Part shown: piece after piece, positions 48,192-56,700 of the stretch | Numbering within the stretch: position 1 is the first letter of the stretch | How the letters are laid out: each line of letters begins with the position of its first letter | DNA from: an uncultured Gammaproteobacteria bacterium | Lineage (GTDB): Bacteria > Patescibacteriota > Microgenomatia > JALYQM01 | Assembly: GCA_964403585.1 (NCBI GenBank) | Contig: CAYOFQ010000001.1 | Span: 76,456-140,455, forward strand | Direction: 5' to 3' | DNA length: 64,000 nucleotides | The notes under the pieces: model-generated | The model's database searches: none | The model's input: the letters and a program-made list of their open reading frames with translations, nothing else | What the model was told of the DNA's origin: nothing | Translations under genes and position numbers: made by a program

Positions 48192-49301
48192 ATGTCTAAT
48201 TATGTTGTTTCCCGCTTGCCTAAATCTAAAGTTAAAGTAGAGATGCATATCTCCAAAGATCAAATTGAATCAGCTTACAAAAAAGCCTTGGCCCGCATTG
48301 CCGAGGAAACACATCTACGCGGGTTTAGAAAAGGTAAGGCTCCCCAAGAAATGGTTGAGTCCGCTGTAGGTCAGGAAAAAATCTACGAAGAAGCTCTTAA
48401 TAGACTCCTGCCTAATGAACTCGAAGCAGCACTGAAAGAAGAAGCCGAGAAAAATAAGGACGAGCGATTTATCGTACTCGACTACCCTAATTTCAATTTA
48501 ACTAATCAGTGGAAACCCGGTGACGACTTGGATGTCACTGCTGAATGTACTCTTTATCCTAAAGTTAACATCGAAAAGTTAGCCAGTCAGCTCAAAGTTA
48601 CCAAAGAGCTGCCACCGGAAGTTACCGATGAGCAGGTTAATGAATCAGTAGGTAAAATCTTTGAGCAGTACAAGCGAATTAAAGAGGAAGAACAAAAGAA
48701 AGCAGCGGAAAATGTTGTAGCAAATAACGCCGCGCTTGTTGATGCTAAAGGAGATACTTTGATACAAAATACACAGGACGATGTAGCCATGGACGATACC
48801 TTTGCACAGGCTGCCGGCGCTAAAGACCTGGAAGATCTCAGGAAGATGGTCAAGTCTGAACTACAATATGAAAGTTCTACCACTGTCGAACGGGACTTCG
48901 AAGATAAAGTTATCAAGAAAATGCTCGAGCTTGTCGATATTGATGTGCCGGATATGCTGGTTCATGAGGAACTGCACCGAATCGAAGACCGCTTCAAGGA
49001 ACAACTATCTCGCATTGGAACTACTCTGGAAAACTATCTGAGCATTGAAAATAAAACTGAAGAAGACATCCGCCAAGAATGGAACGACCGGGCTTTGGAA
49101 AATACTAAGGTTGCCCTTATCTTAAATGAAATTAAGGTTGAAAAAGATTTACCGGTAACGGATGAAGAAATCAAGTTCCTGGCCATGCAAAACGGTGTGA
49201 AAAATAACATGACTGAGCAACAGTATACTTCAATTAAGTACTTACTGGGTCAATCTAAAGCACTTCAGGAAGCTAAGAAAATGGCTGAAGAGAAGCAATA
49301 G
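48192..49301 (+). CDS. tig: Trigger factor (short form)
   Basis: Ribosome-binding N-domain with a GFRKGKAP loop. C-terminal helical arms are present, and the PPIase domain appears absent or reduced. Confidence 0.75.
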   Translation: MSNYVVSRLPKSKVKVEMHISKDQIESAYKKALARIAEETHLRGFRKGKAPQEMVESAVGQEKIYEEALNRLLPNELEAALKEEAEKNKDERFIVLDYPNFNLTNQWKPGDDLDVTAECTLYPKVNIEKLASQLKVTKELPPEVTDEQVNESVGKIFEQYKRIKEEEQKKAAENVVANNAALVDAKGDTLIQNTQDDVAMDDTFAQAAGAKDLEDLRKMVKSELQYESSTTVERDFEDKVIKKMLELVDIDVPDMLVHEELHRIEDRFKEQLSRIGTTLENYLSIENKTEEDIRQEWNDRALENTKVALILNEIKVEKDLPVTDEEIKFLAMQNGVKNNMTEQQYTSIKYLLGQSKALQEAKKMAEEKQ

Positions 49302-49341
49302 GTTTACCAAAGATTCTGCCCTAAGTTCCGTATAATAAAAC

Positions 49342-50253
49342 CTAATCAATGACCGGATTCAAAGGAGCGCCGCTCACTGATGATGAGCTAAAAGCAAACC
49401 AGGCTACCAGTGAAATTATTACTATCGCCAGGAACAACGACACAAATAGGAAGATTGGTTTAACCCAACCGGCGGATCTCTTTTTCTCCTGATTCCGTGG
49501 TACCGCTGCTTCCCGTGGACTATAGGTGTACGTTGAGGAGCGTGGCTCGTCGCTGACATATGCCGCATCGGTATCATATTCTTCTAATTCCACCTCATCA
49601 TTAGTGTCTTGCAAATCAAAAATGTGATTAAATTTTTCCTGCTCAATGGTTGAGAAGTTATCTGAAGCAACTTGTTTGATTGGACGCGGCTCTTCAGTTA
49701 CCGGTGTTGGCACAGCTGTTTGAACAGGCTCTGGAGCATGGTAAACCGGTTCTTCGACTTTCTTTTCAGTATGTGAAGAGTACTCCAAAGGGGTGTAAGC
49801 ATGTTCAATGTTCATGCTGGTATATGAAGAAGGCCGGATCTCAAGCTGAGAGTCTATCGAATGTTGCACTAATTCATCTTGGACACCCGGCTCAATAACC
49901 TGAATATATTCATCTACCGAGTCTTCTTCAGGTTCAGGTACGTGCACGGCTGTCTGTGCTGTAAGGTCACTTGGTGTAACTAAGGGTTCCGAAGGTAACT
50001 GCACTGCGGCTGGATCTATCGTTGTCGCTACTGGGGTTACCGGCGTGACTGAAGGTTTTTCATACGCGGGGGTTTGTATAACATCATCTAATTGCTTCTT
50101 AGTGTATCTTCGTATACCTGTCGGAGTGCGTTCTGGCACCAGGAAACCTTTTTTCTCCCATCGTCGTAGTGTAGATGCCGATACACGGAGATAGTCGGCT
50201 GCTTCGGTAATGCCTAGATATTCTGATTCGGAGGTTTGAGTAACGGTATCCAT
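49342..50253 (-). CDS. MerR/excisionase-type HTH protein with disordered linker and C-terminal TM anchor
   Basis: The N-terminal HTH is LGITEAADYLRVSASTLRRWEKKGFL, and the C-terminal TM is IFLFVSLFLAIVIISLVAWFAF. It is transcribed divergently from the giant gene. Confidence 0.6.
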   Translation of the reverse strand: MDTVTQTSESEYLGITEAADYLRVSASTLRRWEKKGFLVPERTPTGIRRYTKKQLDDVIQTPAYEKPSVTPVTPVATTIDPAAVQLPSEPLVTPSDLTAQTAVHVPEPEEDSVDEYIQVIEPGVQDELVQHSIDSQLEIRPSSYTSMNIEHAYTPLEYSSHTEKKVEEPVYHAPEPVQTAVPTPVTEEPRPIKQVASDNFSTIEQEKFNHIFDLQDTNDEVELEEYDTDAAYVSDEPRSSTYTYSPREAAVPRNQEKKRSAGWVKPIFLFVSLFLAIVIISLVAWFAFSSSSVSGAPLNPVID

Positions 50254-50718
50254 AGGCTATCTAAAATTAACTAAATGAATACTAACTGATAATATCTCTC
50301 AGGTCAATACCAAATAAATCACCGTCCGGTATAAAAATTTCTGAAAATAAGTAATTACACTACCTGCATGCAGCCCTATAATACTAAAAAATGAAAGTCG
50401 TGAAAACAATTTTTTATATACAAGAGGAAAATGTATTAAATTAAAGTATATAAGGTACACAATATATTCTAGCATTGCAATAATTTAATACTAAAATATC
50501 AAAGTAAAATAAGTATCACAAAATTAACTAAGTAAATTATATAACAATATATACAATAATTTTAGAAAAAAATTTAGACCAAAATCCCTAATTTTCATAA
50601 AAGTTTGAAAATAAATAGAGTAATACTCGTTCTCAATCAGTTCGCCTGGTTAAATATATTCAAGAGGAGATATCGCCATGCTATTGACACAATATCCTAA
50701 ATAGGTAACACTAGATTA

Positions 50719-53700
50719 ATGGCTGCCCACCAAAAACATACATCTTCGTTTCGAGCTCAATTTCTCCAGGCTGAGCAAGAGGGGAGAACCATCGTAGATA
50801 TATGTAATGAGTTCAATATTTCCAGAAAAACCTATTACAAATGGAAAAACCTTTTTGAGAAGAATAATTCGGTTGAAAACCGCCAAAGAGGACGCAAAAA
50901 GACAGTCGACCCACGCATCGAAAAGATCGTTATCGACTTAATCAAATTAAATCCAGGCTGGAGTGTCGATAAGCTGTACCTCTTCTTAATGGAGAACAAT
51001 AACAATCAGCAGTTGGTCAGCCGTCACTGGATCCAATTGCTTCTCCAAAAAAATAAATTAAGCACACTTGAGAGCCGGATGAAATACAGTTATATGCATT
51101 CACCCCAACCGGCTCCTGCACAGGAAGTACCTGCAGTCGAAGTCATTCCCGCAATTGAACAGCAGGCCGTCTTGCACGCGGGAGACGCCTCTCCGCCGCG
51201 AATTACCCCGTCACTCAATCTCTCCTTTGATACCATCCCTTCTTTTGCTGCATCATTATTCAATAAACAGACCGTTACCTGGTTGTTTAAATCAGACAAA
51301 CTATATCTATCTGGTACAGTTATCGTTTCAATAATTAACGCCCTCCTCGTTTCCCGCATTATCGGAGCAGTCGCGGCCGCTGAAGAGATAAGTGGTAAGA
51401 TCGGCACGTTCTTATCGGCAATCGCACTATTCTGTGGAATATTCTTCTTCCTGTATTCAATCAAATACTATATAACCATCGCCGCTGTTATTCTGAAGAG
51501 CCGTTCAGATAAGAAGAAAAGTACTTCACCTGGTCTGGTCGAAAAAGTAACCGGGGAAATTCCATACATCGGACCGGTTATTCAGTCCCTATATAAAAGA
51601 GTTACACGCACTGAATTGGATCCGGTCAGCCTGCATAAAGAAGTGCAGAATACCGAACTGACCGAATATCCGTTCTTCAGTGTGCAGATACCATTATATA
51701 ACGAAAAGAAAGTCGCCAACCGCGTTACAGCGGCCGCCGCCGCCATGGACTATCCGAACTTCGAAGTCCTGGTCTGCGATGATTCCACCGATGAAACTAC
51801 CCAATTACTCTATGACAAGTGGAACGGCCACGATAAAGTTAAGATTCTCCACCGAACCATCCGCAGTGGTTTCAAGGGTGCAGCCTTAGACAATGCGCTT
51901 AAGTACATGGATGAGCGCACCGAGTACGTCGTAATCTTTGATGCCGACTTTGTCCCGTATCCGGACACCTTACAGTTATTCGCTAAATACTTCAAAGTAA
52001 TCGGCGATCATGAGCGTAATAACACTATCAATCCAAGCATGGCTGCTGCTAATCAGGTAGTCAAAGATATTCAGGCAGCCCAGTATCAGGGTAAAACAGT
52101 TGCTGTCCAGGGGTATCAGTGGCATGTACTCAATAAATCCGAGAACTGGATCACCCGTGCGGTTCGTTCCGAGTTTGCCGGCTCATATATTATTGAGCGC
52201 TCCGGTGGCCAGGTATTCGGGCTCTTAAAACAGATCGCCGGATCAGTCTACGCCATCAATGCCAAAGTCTTGCGTGAAGTAGGCTGGGGGACATCCATTA
52301 CTGAAGACTTCCAGTTAACCTTAAAGCTGTATCAGCAGGGCTACAAGGTTGCGTATACACCATATATACAGGCACCGTCAGAATGTGTATCCACACTCAA
52401 ACGCTTAATTCGTCAGCGCCAGCGCTGGGCAGAAGGGCATTCTTTCAATATTAAGAAACAACTGTTCGCCATGTTGAAATCACCCGGCATGACGCCGAAG
52501 GAAAAATGGGAAGCTATCTATTTAACTCCTTATTACTTACAGGCATTTATCTTCATTTTAGGTTCAATCTGCTGGATCATTGCTGAAACAGTTTTGCGCG
52601 TACAACTGCCATTCTGGACTGCTGCGCTCGGCTGGTCATTAGTCTTGACCAACCTCTTCTCGTTACCGCTCATGAACACGGTGGGACTCTTCCTTGAAGA
52701 AGGTGAGGAGCGCGACTATCTCGGCATATTCTCGTTCATCACGCTCTGCTACATTCTGGCCCCGTTCATTGGTTTCGCAGCAGTCAAAGGCTTTTTGGAA
52801 AAAGAGGAAGGCCCGTGGTTCCGAACGCCTAAATCCGGACATATCACCGATAAAGTTAACCGGACTAAGGAAGGCAAGCGGGAAACAATTATCAAATATC
52901 TGCCATGGATTAAACCGGCTATCAACGTTTTTAATTCAATCATTCCTGAAAGAGCCTCATCAGCAGTCTCTCCATACTTAGCGTATGAAACTGCCGGTAA
53001 CGATTTCAACAATCCAAGACAGGAGCGAAACCGGTCGATACTCAAGAAGCGTCTGACACATTTAAGTATCTTAGTGGTACTAAGTATTACAGTTTTAGCG
53101 AACATCGCCCAAACCACCGTGCCTCAATCCTTCGCGGTAGCCAGCACGCAATACGCCCGCACGACCGACGCCGATAACCTCACGAATACCGCCACAGCTG
53201 CCCGCAAGGTATTAAGCTCTACTATTGGTGCCAGCACAACATCCAGAACCCTCGACGCTACCAACACAACCTTCTATATCCTTACCGACAACATGAACAA
53301 AAACTGGACCAACGATACTGAGATCAACGACTCCAACACCACCGGAGAACGACGCAATGTTGCCATCAGCACTGATTCAAGCGGAAATACGGTCGCTGTA
53401 TGGGAAGACTCCCGAACCACTTTAACTACTGTACAAAACCGTTTCGATAACACCCAGGGAGCTATGGGCACCGGTAGATATGCTGCGCCGGTAATCCCAC
53501 TTCTTGACGGAAGAGTCCTGATAGCTGGTGGTCAAACCAGTGGCCCCACAAACTTATCCAGCGGCGAAATCTTTGATCCGATCACCGGGACATTCTCAGC
53601 AATCGCTACCAACATGGCCAATGCTCGTTATATGGGTAATGGCACCGTCTTGAATGATGGCCGCGCCTTTTTGGTAAGTGGTGGGAGTGGCACGACCGCA

Positions 53701-56700
53701 TATTCAACTACATCATTCTTTGACCCCAACACCAATAGTTTCTCAGCAGGACCTAACATGACCACCGCACGATACTCCGCACCAATCGAAAAATTAAATA
53801 ACGGTAAGATTCTCATCATGGGTGGCTGCACCGCAGTCGATGCTGTATCGGGTACTTGTTCAAGTGGCTATCTAAGCACAGCTGAATTATACGACCCGGC
53901 TACCAATACCTGGACGCTTACAGGAACTATGAAGGACATGCGCTCCTTCCATCAGTCAACATTACTACCGAATGGTGAAGTACTGGTTGTTGGAGGATCC
54001 AACGGTTCGGCACTATCCACGAGTGAAATATACAATACGGTAACCGGAACCTGGAGGGCGGGTGCAAACATGGTCACTGCTCGCTTATTCCCGGCCTTAG
54101 CGATGGTTACCGATACCAAAGCAATGGTTGTCGGTGGTATGACCACCAGTACGGATCTCTCCAGCACCGAGTTATATGATTATGTTGCCAACACCTGGAA
54201 CAGTAATGGAAATATTAACAGTGCTAATGTTGGTGGCTTCATGCGCAATGGTTTTATGAAATTAGCTAACGGTAAATTCCTGTTGGCTGGGTCATATAAA
54301 TCTACCGATGCCGGCAATCCAAGCAGCACGGCGCTCTTATACGATCCATCTATTAATACATGGTCAACCGTCAGCAATAACATATCCACACCTAAGTCGC
54401 TCTTCAATATGGCCTTATTGCCCAACGGCGATATATTACTTCCAGGCGGTGTAACAACAGGTACCAGCTCTACAACTAACTCCAATCTCTACACACCAGT
54501 CACCTATGATATCTACGCTCAGAAATACGATAAAACCGGAGCCAAGCTCTGGAACTCCGGCTCAGATATTCGCGTAAACTCCGACGATGGAAACCGCCTC
54601 TCAGCCTCCGGACCACCAAACTACAACCATTTATTCCCAACTGTCGGGATTGATGGTTCGGGTAACGCGGTCGTAGCATGGGCCGAGCAACGCGACGGAG
54701 TCTACTCACCAAGCATCTGGGCACAGAAACTGCAATCTTCAGACGGTAGCAAACTATGGCCAAGTGGTACAAAAAATGCGTTTGCCGCGACCGGCAACAA
54801 TCTTTCTCAGATCAGAGGAGGAGACAACACTTCGGCCACAACCATGGTCACTCCCGATGGAAGATTATTCGTTGTTGGCTCAGAATTAACCGGTGCTCCT
54901 CGTACTTCATCAGATATCTACAACCCAACCACCAATACCTTCTCGGCCGGACCTAATACTGCAGTACAGCGTTCCAACGCCACTACCGTTCCGCTCATGA
55001 ACGGGAAAATACTCGTGATTGGCGGTAACACTGGTACTCTGGCCAGTACCGCTGCTCAATTATATGATCCCGTCACCGGTACCTATGCCACCACCACCGG
55101 CGGTAACATTCATGTCCGCAGCGGACCTCAGGCAACTTTGCTTAAGAATGGCAAGGTATTCATCACCGGTACCAACCTCGATCCTGGTGCGGGTCAGTCT
55201 GTATCGGAAATTTATGACCCGGTCACTAATACCTTTGCACTTGGCCCGACTCTCAATTTTAACCGTCGTTTGCATGCACAGGCACTCTTACCAAATGGTA
55301 AAGTCATTATTATTGGAGGCATTGGCTCAGGTGCTGCACCAACGGTACCTGAAATTTACGATCCGGTCACAAATACCATAACTATATCAAACGCACGCAA
55401 TGCCAATAAAGCACGTTCAACTGCAGTAACGCTTAACAACGGAAAAATACTCCATATTGGATCAGCCAGCTCTCGCAGTATCGCTGAACTATATGATCCG
55501 TTAACTGACGACTTTACTGACGCCGGATGGACGAGCAAGTTCATTGACCGAGTTCACGATGCTGCAGTTGTTCTGCCAAATGGAAAGGTACTTCTAGCTG
55601 GTGGCACAGATAGTGCTGGTACAACAGATTTCTCTTCAACCGAAATCTACGATCCGGCGACCAATACCTGGTCTCCGGGACCGAACATGGCCGCTTCCAG
55701 AAGGCAGGCGAATTTGACCTTTATACCGAAATCACACAAAGTGCTGACGTACGGAGGCAGTACCACTTCGGTGACCTCATCCTCAGCGGAAGTCTATACT
55801 CCGGTAACCGACATGCAGGTCAGCCAGTTTGACTACAAAACTAATATCATGCTGCAGGGCGCCGTTGCCGGAAATATCACAGGCATCTTCTATAAGAAGC
55901 CGAAGATAACGATCAATAGCACCGGGGATGCCGTGATCGCCTGGCAGGAAAACAAAGACACTCGAACAGCCTTCCAGGGATTGAGTCATGCCTTTGATGC
56001 CAATGCGCGCTACGATTATGGCCGAAACCCCGCGGTAGTAGGTAACTGTCAAAACGGAACTGGTTGTGGAGCGATCCCGTCAATAATATCTCCACCGATA
56101 CAAATTGCCGCACAACGTATCTGTAACCAAGCGTCCTGTACCGATGCCGGCACCACTTCCGGCGAACGAACCTGGGGAGATACACAAAGTCTCTACAACC
56201 AGAATATGCCCGAAAATATTTACGTATCGAATGTACGTAACGCCCGCAATGTAAATGTTACCAGCGATGGCACCAGCACTGCTCTCATTTACGAGTCGGA
56301 TTCAGGTTTGTCACAAGATCTCTCCACAACCAGTAAGACCGATCCGAAAACCAGCAAAATATACATGCAAAAACTTGATGCCGATGGTAAAACTCTATGG
56401 ACGGGTGGTTGGACAGCTCCATCCGGCGGCATGGTCTCCAACCGCAGAACACAAACCACCACCTTGCTACCAAACGGCTCAGTTCTCCTGGCCGGAGGAC
56501 AAAATGGTTCAGCGCTATCTTCAGCAGAAGTACACAACCCTGAAACATTAACCAGCGTCGCTGCCACTAATAATATGCCGGTGGCTCGAATCAATCATTC
56601 CGCGACGTTACTTAATAACGGCAAAGTTCTCATCTCCGGAGGCGGTACCACCAGCTCTACCTCCAGCTCAACCGCGGATTTGTTTACGCCCAGCGGCACC

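Noticed and set aside
51810-51995. Minus-strand 61-aa ORF and its near-identical twin at 61140-61394
   Set aside because: Both are antisense to the GT2 catalytic region. The similarity between the two reflects the duplicated GT2 tract, not an independent gene.
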